Positions 26,590 to 35,195 of a stretch of DNA of 43,620 nucleotides are shown here, one piece after another. The notes beneath the pieces were generated by a model. It was not told the origin of the DNA. It worked only from the letters and a program-made list of their open reading frames with translations, and searched no databases. The position numbers and the translations under genes were made by a program. The first letter of the stretch is position 1, and each line of letters starts with the position of its first letter. Source of the DNA: a virus (Duplodnaviria > Heunggongvirae > Uroviricota > Caudoviricetes); IMG/VR virus record IMGVR_UViG_3300045988_007060, positions 1-43,620 of that record; one strand, given 5' to 3'.

Positions 26590-27760
26590 ACGCGTAACTA
26601 ATACGTTGAATTACGATAGATGATTGATATTGATTGCCTGTGGACTGTCCTTCAATGGACTGAGTGATTGACTCAGGTCCGCCAATCTCTGGCGTAACCG
26701 CCGTAAGCTCTGCGCGTTTCAAACTGAAAGACATAGCACCGTTTACCCCAGCCAGAATAGAGTTAATCTCTACCTGCTGTTCGTTGATAAACTTCTGAAT
26801 CATAGCCATGTCGTACAGTTTGCCGGAGATAGAGAATGTGTTAGCTGCGCGGCTACGTTCCACAAAGGCCACGTTAGTGTTGCCGAGTTCGAACTGTGCG
26901 GACGCGCTGTTGTCGTTAGTGATGGTCAGACTGTCGCAACGCAACGGCGTAGACCCATCGAACACAGAAACGTCAACCGAGGAGAACGGCTCGTCACCAA
27001 ACGTAACGGAAGAGAAGTCGGAACCGGACGGCTGCTCGGTGAGAATCTCCTGACTGCGACCGATGAACGGGAAGCTGCCAGTTACCATCGCATTAACTGC
27101 CTGTTCAACGGTAAAACCCGAAACTTCAACGCCTTTGGTCAGCGTATATACACTGGCCCCTCCGCACTGGCCTTTGTACCAGGTGAGAATAGAGAACGTC
27201 TTACATTGGTTACCGGTTTCCAGTTTATCTCCAGTTTTGGCCGCGGTAGTGACAGTCTCCGCGGTAAGAGTGTGCTGGATACCTGCACCTGTTACCGCCA
27301 GTGCCTCTACCGCAGTAACGATAAACGGCTTAGCGTTGTCGCCCGTTAAGTCGGTAAACGCAATCAGGTCGCCCACTTCAACGCCGTCGGTAATAAAGCT
27401 ACCATCAGCACGGGTGAACGTCTTACCCGCCGGTGCAACGGTAATCGATAACCCTGACAGAGAAGCCCCTGACTGCCACGTAGAGCCTAAAGCGCCAGCC
27501 AGCCAGTCGTCCTGGCTTTTCGAGCTAAGCTCAATTGCGTATTCCCCGCTAACCTGCCTGTTACCGGTGCGGATGGATGTAGTTTCACGGCTGCCGTCCA
27601 GTTCGTTGGAGGCCAGCGTGTCGCGGGTAACGGCGGGAACACCGCCTGTGTTGCGCAACGGCGACCAGACCGGGTTATCAGGTGTTACGCCCGGGGTCAC
27701 TTCCGCCACATAGAATTGCGCGGTATTCGCGCCCTTAAAAGGAGTTGTAGCCATATTCAC
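26588..27760 (-). CDS. major tail (tube) protein
   Basis: AAGAGG RBS; 390 aa; position between tail terminator-like genes and chaperones. Confidence 0.65.
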   Translation of the reverse strand: MNMATTPFKGANTAQFYVAEVTPGVTPDNPVWSPLRNTGGVPAVTRDTLASNELDGSRETTSIRTGNRQVSGEYAIELSSKSQDDWLAGALGSTWQSGASLSGLSITVAPAGKTFTRADGSFITDGVEVGDLIAFTDLTGDNAKPFIVTAVEALAVTGAGIQHTLTAETVTTAAKTGDKLETGNQCKTFSILTWYKGQCGGASVYTLTKGVEVSGFTVEQAVNAMVTGSFPFIGRSQEILTEQPSGSDFSSVTFGDEPFSSVDVSVFDGSTPLRCDSLTITNDNSASAQFELGNTNVAFVERSRAANTFSISGKLYDMAMIQKFINEQQVEINSILAGVNGAMSFSLKRAELTAVTPEIGGPESITQSIEGQSTGNQYQSSIVIQRISYA

Positions 27761-28173
27761 AGCCTCTTGGTGAATGCAATAAAGTTAATTGACAATGGTC
27801 GTTTGGCCCATCCGTTTTCTACAATCAGCGGCCCCAGGCTAACCGATTGAACCTCGGCGCAGATGTCGTTACGTGAAAATGACTTACCTGCTTTAAACGC
27901 CGTGTTAAGTAAGTCTGCCATTTTATTGATTGGCGCGCTACCCTTCACCGATGCGTAGTTAATGTCGACCTGATAGACACCAGCGCGTTGTTCTGTGAAG
28001 AACAAATCCGCCTGCTCGGTATCCGCCAGCAACATGTAACTCGCCAGATACGGTGTATCGGTAGACGTCGGCGCGTCGATATTTTCAAGCGCAACCTTGA
28101 TGCCGTTGGTGTTTCCGAAGGCTACCAGCGGAACATCAAACGCTTTTGTTAAGTCCTCAAAGTAGCCCATCAT
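27757..28173 (-). CDS. tail completion/terminator protein
   Basis: Coupled small gene upstream of major tail. Confidence 0.5.
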   Translation of the reverse strand: MMGYFEDLTKAFDVPLVAFGNTNGIKVALENIDAPTSTDTPYLASYMLLADTEQADLFFTEQRAGVYQVDINYASVKGSAPINKMADLLNTAFKAGKSFSRNDICAEVQSVSLGPLIVENGWAKRPLSINFIAFTKRL

Positions 28174-28565
28174 TTCACCTTGTTGGCTTCTTCGTTAATG
28201 AGTTGCTGGAAACGCGATATATTAGTCCTTACCATACCTTGTGGGGCCTGTTGCGACCAGCCATACTCAAGCCGCTGTATATACGGCAGGTTATTGGTAA
28301 GTGTGAACTCGCCCCAGTCTGTAGCGGTGTTTATAACCGCAGTAACACGCTGTATAGTAGCCGTCCCTTGCGGTGCGCCGTAGGTCGTAGTTTCCTGCGA
28401 CGGGGTACTGCCTGACGCAAACCAGTTATTTCTCGCACGACCAGTATCAACTGGCGTCGCCTTTATGATAGCGGAAAACAGCTTGATAGACACCTGGCGC
28501 ATAACCTTCTCGGGATTCTTCTTCGCCTTTTCCACGAACTTAGAGACATCAAGCGCGAAACTCAT
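28170..28565 (-). CDS. head-tail joining protein (HK97 gp10-like)
   Basis: PVDTGRARNNW signature; AGGTGAGAA RBS. Confidence 0.6.
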   Translation of the reverse strand: MSFALDVSKFVEKAKKNPEKVMRQVSIKLFSAIIKATPVDTGRARNNWFASGSTPSQETTTYGAPQGTATIQRVTAVINTATDWGEFTLTNNLPYIQRLEYGWSQQAPQGMVRTNISRFQQLINEEANKVK

Positions 28566-28921
28566 TTTCTCACCTGAATAAAGTAGGTCACGGCGTCGTC
28601 GTTAACCATCTTCTTCTCAATAGCTACGACAGACCATTGCTCGCCGCCGAATTGCACCTTGTCTTCCATCTTAGGAACGACACTGCAATCGGCTTTAACA
28701 ATCATGTCGCCCGCCCGAATCGTCGTACCGTTTATCAGCCCCGCGTTTACCGGAACCGGAACCGCCTTCAACGGCAACACTTCATTAGCAGACCAGACGT
28801 ACTCACCAAGAACTTCATCCCACACTTTCGAGCCAGCGCGAATCAGAGATACCGTGCTACCAAATTTGGTTAGCAGGCGCGTACCAACGCCTTGCATACG
28901 TTTACTGAAAGTGGTGCTCAT
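28562..28921 (-). CDS. head-tail connector protein
   Basis: GGAGG RBS before ATG 28921; ATGA coupling. Confidence 0.5.
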   Translation of the reverse strand: MSTTFSKRMQGVGTRLLTKFGSTVSLIRAGSKVWDEVLGEYVWSANEVLPLKAVPVPVNAGLINGTTIRAGDMIVKADCSVVPKMEDKVQFGGEQWSVVAIEKKMVNDDAVTYFIQVRK

Positions 28922-29535
28922 CCGGCGGCCTCCAGTCTCGAAATAACCAGTAGTGCTGACGGGGCGGTACCCCATGCGGTTACCGTAGCCGCTTGCGGGT
29001 ATACGCCGCCGAAGTTAGTTCCAGCACTATCCCGCATAATCTGAACGGCAAACGTCTGGCCCGCGGTTGGGTTAATAACAACGCGGGACTCAATCGGGAT
29101 TGTGGTGTCGGCACTTACCAGTTTAGTAGCTGCTGGCGAGCCGTACTGAGCGCCGTTCAGAAGAATACGCGATAACAGGATAGACGTGCCGCTAGCACCC
29201 GTGCGCCCAGCCTGTAACTTGATGCGAACGGCGTAGTTACCCGCGGTGTTGAACGTAACCAGCCCGGCGGCATTAATCATTACCGGGTCAGATGCGCTAC
29301 CCTGAGCAGAGCCGAAAGTTAACTGCAATGCTGTATCTACTGCGGTAGGCGCTTGTACCACGGTCGACGCGGCGCGGAGAACTTCAACCTCTTTCACCCC
29401 AGGAGTGGCGTAAATAGGCGAGTCCGCCATCTGTGTCATTACTTCACGCAATGCGGCGGGGGTAATAAGTCCGGTGGTGTTATCAGGAAGGTTAGCACCT
29501 ATAAGGGTAAACATCTCTGTCTTAGTCTTCGCCAT
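28918..29535 (-). CDS. structural protein, unknown role
   Basis: ORF within the head-tail joining cluster. Confidence 0.45.
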   Translation of the reverse strand: MAKTKTEMFTLIGANLPDNTTGLITPAALREVMTQMADSPIYATPGVKEVEVLRAASTVVQAPTAVDTALQLTFGSAQGSASDPVMINAAGLVTFNTAGNYAVRIKLQAGRTGASGTSILLSRILLNGAQYGSPAATKLVSADTTIPIESRVVINPTAGQTFAVQIMRDSAGTNFGGVYPQAATVTAWGTAPSALLVISRLEAAG

Positions 29536-29537
29536 TT

Positions 29538-30050
29538 TTAACCCCGGTACACGTTAAATGAGAAGCCATTGTTAAGTCCGCCACACAGTAGCGGGCGTAA
29601 AGCGTCGTCCGCAGCGGTGATCGAGGTCGTAGCACCACTGTTGCCGTTGTTGAAGTATGTCACCGTTACTGCACCCTCTACACGCTCCGTCTGCACGGAA
29701 CGACCGTCTGAGTTGGCGCGCACTTCGGTGCCTGCGCCATATGTAACGGCGGCGATTACCTGCGCAAGAATTATCTGCTTCGGAATGACATTGTTTGCTA
29801 CAGGGAACCCATTTAGCGTTACGCCGGTTCGCGGGTACGCAAGAGACTGCTCTGCGGATACACGACGACCGCACATCTGCGGTTCTGCAAGCCCGACATA
29901 AGTAGCGCCGTTGCGCAAGGCCACCCCTGCCGCGGTATCGTCTTCCGGCAGCTCAAGACCATAATTAGCCGCTAACGCGCGGGCGTCAGCCAGACTAACG
30001 TAACTGTCAGCGCCAGGTACTATTGACCCATCTTCCACGATTAGCGGCAT
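29538..30050 (-). CDS. head-tail adaptor/connector-like protein
   Basis: AGAGGAA RBS; N-terminal MPLIVEDGS..ADSYVSLADA pattern typical of phage connectors. Confidence 0.5.
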   Translation of the reverse strand: MPLIVEDGSIVPGADSYVSLADARALAANYGLELPEDDTAAGVALRNGATYVGLAEPQMCGRRVSAEQSLAYPRTGVTLNGFPVANNVIPKQIILAQVIAAVTYGAGTEVRANSDGRSVQTERVEGAVTVTYFNNGNSGATTSITAADDALRPLLCGGLNNGFSFNVYRG

Positions 30051-30053
30051 AAA

Positions 30054-30233
30054 TTATTCCTCTGACTTACGGCGACGACGCTTAACACCACCGCCGTTGT
30101 TGTGCGCTTCTTCGCTGTCCGGTTGGGTCGCAACCAGTTCACCCGCTTCTACAACACCGCGAACCGGCATCACCTGACCGTCGACAACATCAACGTGGGT
30201 GTACTTTTCGCGGATTACGTAATTATCTGCCAT
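30054..30233 (-). CDS. small protein with basic C-terminus (59 aa)
   Basis: AAGGAAAGG RBS; below the ORF-track threshold; C-terminal KRRRRK. Confidence 0.3.
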   Translation of the reverse strand: MADNYVIREKYTHVDVVDGQVMPVRGVVEAGELVATQPDSEEAHNNGGGVKRRRRKSEE

Positions 30234-30269
30234 GACCTTTCCTTATTACGGCCCCGAAGGGCCGTTGCA

Positions 30270-30623
30270 TTAAGATACAGTTACTACGGAGCTACTGGAG
30301 ATAATATTACCATACACATCGTGAACAACCACTTTATACGTACCAGAATCGGTAGATGCAACAGTGGTGGCTTTGGTGTACGTAGCCGCTGTAGCGCCTG
30401 AGATGGCGTTGTTATCCTTGAACCACTGATAGGAATAAGGCGCCAGCCCACCGGTCGCCACAACGGTAAGGGTTAACGCGTTAGGTGCAGTAACAGCGGT
30501 AGTAGCAGCAAGCGCGGTAGAAAAAGATGCTGGCGCGATATTTGCCATGTCGATTTCAACCTGGCCGTCGGCGGGAGAGTCGTCAGAAACACCGGTAATA
30601 CGACGTTTGATTACATCAACCAT
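30270..30623 (-). CDS. Ig-like domain protein (possible capsid decoration)
   Basis: AAGGGGA RBS; Ig-like signature YSYQWFKDNNAISGATAATYT..GTYKVVV. Confidence 0.55.
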   Translation of the reverse strand: MVDVIKRRITGVSDDSPADGQVEIDMANIAPASFSTALAATTAVTAPNALTLTVVATGGLAPYSYQWFKDNNAISGATAATYTKATTVASTDSGTYKVVVHDVYGNIISSSSVVTVS

Positions 30624-30633
30624 TTTAATCCCC

Positions 30634-30888
30634 TTATGATTCGATTACACCGGCGGCGCGGAGTTGCGCCAGAAGTGCGTTTAGTTTAGTACCTACGGCG
30701 TTAACCGCAGTCTGCGCGGACGTAGCAACTGCGGCGGCCTCTTCACCAGTAACAGTTTGCGAGCCGATGTCAGTTACCGCGGCGCCTTTCTTAACCAGCC
30801 CAGCGGTTTCTGCCGTTGCTTCTGGCACAACACTGCTGAAATCGGTGTTCTCAAGGCTGCGCGGTAAGCCCTTTCCGGTCTTAGCCAT
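30634..30888 (-). CDS. small head-associated protein
   Basis: AAGAGGT RBS; directly downstream of major capsid gene. Confidence 0.45.
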   Translation of the reverse strand: MAKTGKGLPRSLENTDFSSVVPEATAETAGLVKKGAAVTDIGSQTVTGEEAAAVATSAQTAVNAVGTKLNALLAQLRAAGVIES

Positions 30889-30902
30889 AATTTACCTCTT
30901 AG

Positions 30903-30931
30903 TAAATGAAAAGAGGGACCGAAGTCCCTCT
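30903..30931 (-). terminator. hairpin terminator/attenuator after major capsid gene
   Basis: AGAGGGAC-CGAA-GTCCCTCT with T-rich tract on - strand. Confidence 0.6.
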
Positions 30932-30947
30932 CGATTATAACTTAACC

Positions 30948-31997
30948 TTAAGCACCTACACCAGTTACCAGGAAGGCAATCGGTACGTGCTTACGGTCAA
31001 CCACGCGGTTCCAGTTGGAGGCGTTCGCCAGGTCCTGCCAGGAGGCAGAGCGTGGGGTAGTCTCGGTGCCGTTACCGGTGATTACCGCGCTGGTGAAGCT
31101 GTAGCCCAGAGGATGCAGCAACCAAGTCTTGCGGGTCCACAGGGTTTCAACGCCACCACCGTTACCACGAGACGCTTCACGCTCGTATTCCAGCGGGTTA
31201 GACGGATTGCCTTCACCGTAACCGATAGCACCGTTGCCGAAGATGATAGAGATGAACTTGCGGCTCGGGCCAGTTCCGACCACGGTCATGCTGTCATCAA
31301 CAATCACACGGTAACCCTGGTAGGTGGCGAACAGGGTGTCGTTGTCGGCGTCTTTGATGAAGTCGATAAGCTGCTGCTTACGCGCCTGAGCATAAACGAA
31401 GCTGTGCATCGCAATAGCGCCCAGCACTTCACCGCCGTTGTCCATCAGCGCATCACCCATAGTCTGGGTAGCGTCGATGAATGCGCCTGCGTCAAAGCCC
31501 AGAGTAGCAGACACGTCGATAACCATGTCGTTCTGCTCGTGGTAAGCATCGGTAGCGGCTACGTTGTCGTTGTACAGACCGAGCGCGGTAGCAATAAGAC
31601 GACGTTGTGCCTGGCGCTGCCAGAAGTTATCAAGACGAGAAGCCACGGATTGCAGCGGATTCTCGCTGGTCAGTTCAACCGTCAGGTCTGCCTGGCCAAA
31701 GCCTTCGTTCAGGTACGCAACGCGCGCCATCATCTCACCGGTCTGCACATTACGCGGGGTAGCGATGTCCTGGTATACGTCGTTCGAGTAGTTAGGCTCG
31801 ATAGAGGTGTCAATCGCTTTCCAGAAAGGAATATTAGCGACGTTGGACGGGCCTCGGGCAATCTCGGCAGCGTATGGAGTCGGGGTAAGAATACCAGACT
31901 GGAAGAACGCGGTTTTTTCTACCGGGTCCTCTGTCATATAAGACGCAAGGACCGGGATGTTGCCAGTTACGATATCGCCGATAGTGGTAATTGCCAT
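30948..31997 (-). CDS. major capsid protein
   Basis: GAGGAAA RBS; 349 aa; preceded by coiled-coil scaffold gene. Confidence 0.8.
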   Translation of the reverse strand: MAITTIGDIVTGNIPVLASYMTEDPVEKTAFFQSGILTPTPYAAEIARGPSNVANIPFWKAIDTSIEPNYSNDVYQDIATPRNVQTGEMMARVAYLNEGFGQADLTVELTSENPLQSVASRLDNFWQRQAQRRLIATALGLYNDNVAATDAYHEQNDMVIDVSATLGFDAGAFIDATQTMGDALMDNGGEVLGAIAMHSFVYAQARKQQLIDFIKDADNDTLFATYQGYRVIVDDSMTVVGTGPSRKFISIIFGNGAIGYGEGNPSNPLEYEREASRGNGGGVETLWTRKTWLLHPLGYSFTSAVITGNGTETTPRSASWQDLANASNWNRVVDRKHVPIAFLVTGVGA

Positions 31998-31999
31998 TA

Positions 32000-32701
32000 T
32001 TATTTCCTCAGGGCTTTAAGTTGCCGTTCAAATTCGGCAGGGTTCGATTTATACAGAGCCAAACGCTCCGATTCACTCATGTCTTTAAACGCTGGTGCGG
32101 CCCCGCCGCCTTTGCCACCGGAAGCCCCGCCGCCGGAAGCTGCATTTGCTTTAATCAAATGCGAAAACGCTTTGTGTTCGCGCAGGTATTTGCGGAACTG
32201 TTCAGGGTCAGTCGTGATTACGTTACCGTCTGCACCAACAAACTTAGTAACCACATCATCGCCTTCAAACTCAGTCCTAACGAACGGTGCAAGAATGTCC
32301 ACCGCTTCCGGGGTAATAAAGTCGCCCGCGAAAGAGCCTAGCACCGCTTTACGTTCGCTGCCGAGGATGCGCTCCGCCATTCTGGAGATGCGACCATCTT
32401 TCTCGGCTAGCACCGGGTCATACTGGCTACGAATCGTTTTTTCGAACTCGTCCATCTTACCAGCGGCTTTTAACGCCTCCTGATGCGCGCGCTGCCGTTC
32501 TTCTTCGGCTTCTTTTGCTTTGCGAGCGGCTTCTTTCTTCTCCGCCAGCAATGCTTCCTGATTGGCCTTAAGCCCGGCAACTTCTTTCTCAATCAGCACC
32601 TGAACTTCTTCAGCGGTGAACATTTTCGGCGCGTCACCGCCACCAGCTTTATCTTCTACCCCAGCTTCTTCCTGGAACGGATAACGTAAAAAACGATTCA
32701 T
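32000..32701 (-). CDS. scaffolding protein
   Basis: Highly charged coiled-coil (EKKEAARKAKEAEEERQRAHQEALKA), Gly-rich C-terminus, immediately upstream of capsid gene; start uncertain. Confidence 0.6.
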   Translation of the reverse strand: MNRFLRYPFQEEAGVEDKAGGGDAPKMFTAEEVQVLIEKEVAGLKANQEALLAEKKEAARKAKEAEEERQRAHQEALKAAGKMDEFEKTIRSQYDPVLAEKDGRISRMAERILGSERKAVLGSFAGDFITPEAVDILAPFVRTEFEGDDVVTKFVGADGNVITTDPEQFRKYLREHKAFSHLIKANAASGGGASGGKGGGAAPAFKDMSESERLALYKSNPAEFERQLKALRK

Positions 32702-32783
32702 AGTCAGTATGTCCCCTGGACGTTGGAATCCGGGCCACCCGGATTTACATGTCAAGAATAAATTATTCCAACATGCAAGGCAA

Positions 32784-33047
32784 CTATTCCAGAATATTCC
32801 TCACGTAATCCTGCAACATGAACACTTTCAGCCTCAGTTGCCGTACGCATTCTGCGTTCTGAACGTCGATAGCCAAATCCTCATCGGCGTCGCTACTTGG
32901 CGGGGCCAGTTTGCACGGCGACTGCATCATCGTCGTATCCGGGGATGGAATTGGCATTCGCGACGGCTCGGGACTTGAGCTGCACGCGCTCAGGGTCAAA
33001 AGTGCACACGCTGCGACCAGGCGTTTTAATGTACTTAACGACTTCAC
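32784..33047 (-). CDS. o-spanin (Rz1-like lipoprotein), overlapped with i-spanin
   Basis: Lipobox LLTLSAC, Pro-rich mature region; starts inside and extends past the i-spanin gene in another frame. Confidence 0.6.
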   Translation of the reverse strand: MKSLSTLKRLVAACALLTLSACSSSPEPSRMPIPSPDTTMMQSPCKLAPPSSDADEDLAIDVQNAECVRQLRLKVFMLQDYVRNILE

Positions 33048-33279
33048 GGGTAATCACCTCTGATTTCGTCTTGCCTTCGTTATCAGCGGCTGCGGCCTTC
33101 GATTCGTCCTGCTGCTGCCGTTGTGTTTTCTTTGCTAACTCAGCCTGCGCTTTCTGTTGTTGCTGCGAAACGAGATTCGCCCGGCCTTCGTTCCAGCCGA
33201 TGCGGTATTGATAGTAGCCGTGCGCATATAACAGGATGATGAAACATGCTCCCGCTACGACAGTTGCTTTAAGATTCAT
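32893..33279 (-). CDS. i-spanin (Rz-like)
   Basis: AAGGAG RBS; N-terminal TM segment then Q/K/A-rich coiled-coil periplasmic domain. Confidence 0.6.
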   Translation of the reverse strand: MNLKATVVAGACFIILLYAHGYYQYRIGWNEGRANLVSQQQQKAQAELAKKTQRQQQDESKAAAADNEGKTKSEVITREVVKYIKTPGRSVCTFDPERVQLKSRAVANANSIPGYDDDAVAVQTGPAK

Positions 33280-33389
33280 GTTTCTCCTTTCTCGATAAGT
33301 AAAGCCCCGCCTTAAAGCGGGGCGCTAGTCCTTATCATTTAAACATAGAAACGGCGTAATCTCAGTAAACCAGTTACTTTTTACACAAG

Positions 33390-33532
33390 CAATAGAGTAT
33401 GGCCCTTCCGAACGCGTCAGCGTAACTACACTCAGGACTTACGTCCCGCTCCGTTACCTGCCCGCGCCGCGGTCGCTTGTTCATACTTCACAAGCTCAGG
33501 TGGAGCTTAGCACATTTTTAGTGAAAAGTCAA
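33390..33532 (+). repeat. structured noncoding element, copy B
   Basis: Homologous to 803-946; hairpins GGAC-TTAC-GTCC (33435-33446) and AAGCTC-AGGTG-GAGCTT (33492-33508); followed by palindrome AACTATTCGAATAGTT (33531-33546). Confidence 0.6.
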
Positions 33533-33584
33533 CTATTCGAATAGTTTATTCCAACATTTACAATTGAGAGGAATAACTGGAATA

Positions 33585-33603
33585 ATCACAGGCACTAAAA
33601 AGC
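33585..33603 (-). terminator. rho-independent terminator for the terminase-portal-head transcript
   Basis: GCCCC-GGAA-GGGGC followed by TTTTT on - strand. Confidence 0.7.
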
Positions 33604-33621
33604 CCCTTCCGGGGCTTCGCA

Positions 33622-34083
33622 TTATTCTGGCTTAGTGACATTCGCCGCTTTACTCACGGCCTCTACACCACCGGCATCAGTAACTTTCACGAAGTATTCA
33701 CCTACCGCATTAACCGTCAGAGACAAAGCCTCTTCTGGCGCATTAACCACTTCCTTTCCGTCTTTGTACCAGGTCAGAGCATACGGTGCTTTACCCGCCT
33801 TAACTTCAACCGTGATTACCGCGCTTCCGTCTACCAGTTCAGCGTCCTGCGGTTGCGCAGAGAAATACACGTCGCCAGCGTCCGCCAGATACGGAATCTC
33901 ATAAAGCATACCCGCGGCCGGTAGCGCAATACCGGTTTTATCCGCAAACGGCATATCATCTACCGGTGTGCCAAGTACACTTTCGTCTTCAATAAACACC
34001 ACGTTCTCGCCGGAGCCAGACACGCGGGCGTACTGGACTACGCGACGCGACGGTACGTCAGTTACTTTGAAAAAGCCCATCAT
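33622..34083 (-). CDS. Ig-like domain protein
   Basis: Coupled to head morphogenesis gene; APYALTWYKDGKEV Ig-like motif. Confidence 0.45.
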   Translation of the reverse strand: MMGFFKVTDVPSRRVVQYARVSGSGENVVFIEDESVLGTPVDDMPFADKTGIALPAAGMLYEIPYLADAGDVYFSAQPQDAELVDGSAVITVEVKAGKAPYALTWYKDGKEVVNAPEEALSLTVNAVGEYFVKVTDAGGVEAVSKAANVTKPE

Positions 34084-35159
34084 TAATCCCCTTTCAGATA
34101 ATCAGCAACACGTTTATCGAGTTCCGCCATCTGCTTAAGTGTCAGCGGATTCCCGAAACCATCTACAGATATTACGCGAAACTCTTCCGGCGATATACCG
34201 CTGTTGCGGAAAATCTTACCGCGAACCGGGCCGAGAGCTTCATCAATAAACCATGCCGGTTGTTGTTTCAGGAACTCGTAGTAAGTGGTGTCCGCGCTTA
34301 CCTGAGTACCGCCGTCCGCACCCTTAGCCGCACGTTTTGCGCCTTTATCGAGGAAGTCGAACTCTGAACTGATTACCGGGGCCGTGCACGACCGACAATT
34401 CGGATGGGCTGGAGGCATCGGCCCTTTACCAATTTCCCATGTCATTCCGTCTCTGGCTCTGCAAATCGTACTGGTACGGCTGTCCAGCGTTGACACCCAC
34501 TCGTACTTCTCGATGATGTCGTCGTTCTGGCGGTACGTCTCGTTACGGGCTTCGTTGGACACGTGAGACAGCGCAGTACGTATTACCGTAGCTGCGTTGC
34601 GCTCAGAGATGTCGGCCAGTCCGCCCGCGCCGACTACGCTTTTAACAATCTGCCGTGTGGTTTGACCTTGTACGAAACCCATCTTAACGCCGGTTACAAG
34701 GCGCGCGACTTCTGTTTCACCCCAGCCGTCCATCAGCTTAGTGAAGTCAACAGGCTTGTCGTTCAACGCCAGAGGTTGAAACTCGGCGGCGGCCCACACT
34801 TGCTCGGCAGTAGGCGTAACAAATTCCCCATTTACGTTAGTGGTCAGAGTCTTTACGTTCCACTCAGCCTCGTACGCTGCCAGTTCTTTGAGGTCTTCTA
34901 TCAGCTTTGTCCGCCAGTCACCAGTAAGTCCTGTTAATGCTTCTTCAAGGTCGCGTAACAGTTTATTTAGTCGCGCGGTGCTTCGCCCGTCGTCACCGAA
35001 TAACAGCACCTGCCGTTTGATTTCGTCCCGCATTTCCTGAAGAAACGGCGCAAGGTCTTTCACTTCACCGGATGCGGTGCGTTGCAGCCATATCTGGTGG
35101 CTGATTAGGGATGTAAGTAAGCTCATAGATAAACCCTGTGGCGCTAAAGTTAATAGCAT
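34083..35159 (-). CDS. head morphogenesis protein (Mu F / SPP1 gp7-like)
   Basis: Position directly after portal; ~360 aa, typical size and order. Confidence 0.65.
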   Translation of the reverse strand: MLLTLAPQGLSMSLLTSLISHQIWLQRTASGEVKDLAPFLQEMRDEIKRQVLLFGDDGRSTARLNKLLRDLEEALTGLTGDWRTKLIEDLKELAAYEAEWNVKTLTTNVNGEFVTPTAEQVWAAAEFQPLALNDKPVDFTKLMDGWGETEVARLVTGVKMGFVQGQTTRQIVKSVVGAGGLADISERNAATVIRTALSHVSNEARNETYRQNDDIIEKYEWVSTLDSRTSTICRARDGMTWEIGKGPMPPAHPNCRSCTAPVISSEFDFLDKGAKRAAKGADGGTQVSADTTYYEFLKQQPAWFIDEALGPVRGKIFRNSGISPEEFRVISVDGFGNPLTLKQMAELDKRVADYLKGD

Positions 35160-35195
35160 ACTATAAGAAAGCCCCTTTCGGAGCTATAAGCATAC

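Noticed and set aside
30906-32483. 525-aa + strand ORF antisense to the capsid and scaffold genes
   Set aside because: R/V/S-rich off-frame composition with no RBS context; the - strand genes have clear capsid and scaffold features. Best explained as a stop-free antisense frame from codon bias, though the length is striking.
803-33532. The two repeat copies as terminal repeats or attachment sites
   Set aside because: Copies are diverged rather than identical, lie inside the phage gene map with phage genes on both sides, and no integrase is present.
33531-33546. tRNA gene near the TTCGAA-containing palindrome
   Set aside because: No cloverleaf, no GGTTCGAATCC T-arm and no acceptor stem; it is a perfect palindrome related to the operator half-sites.
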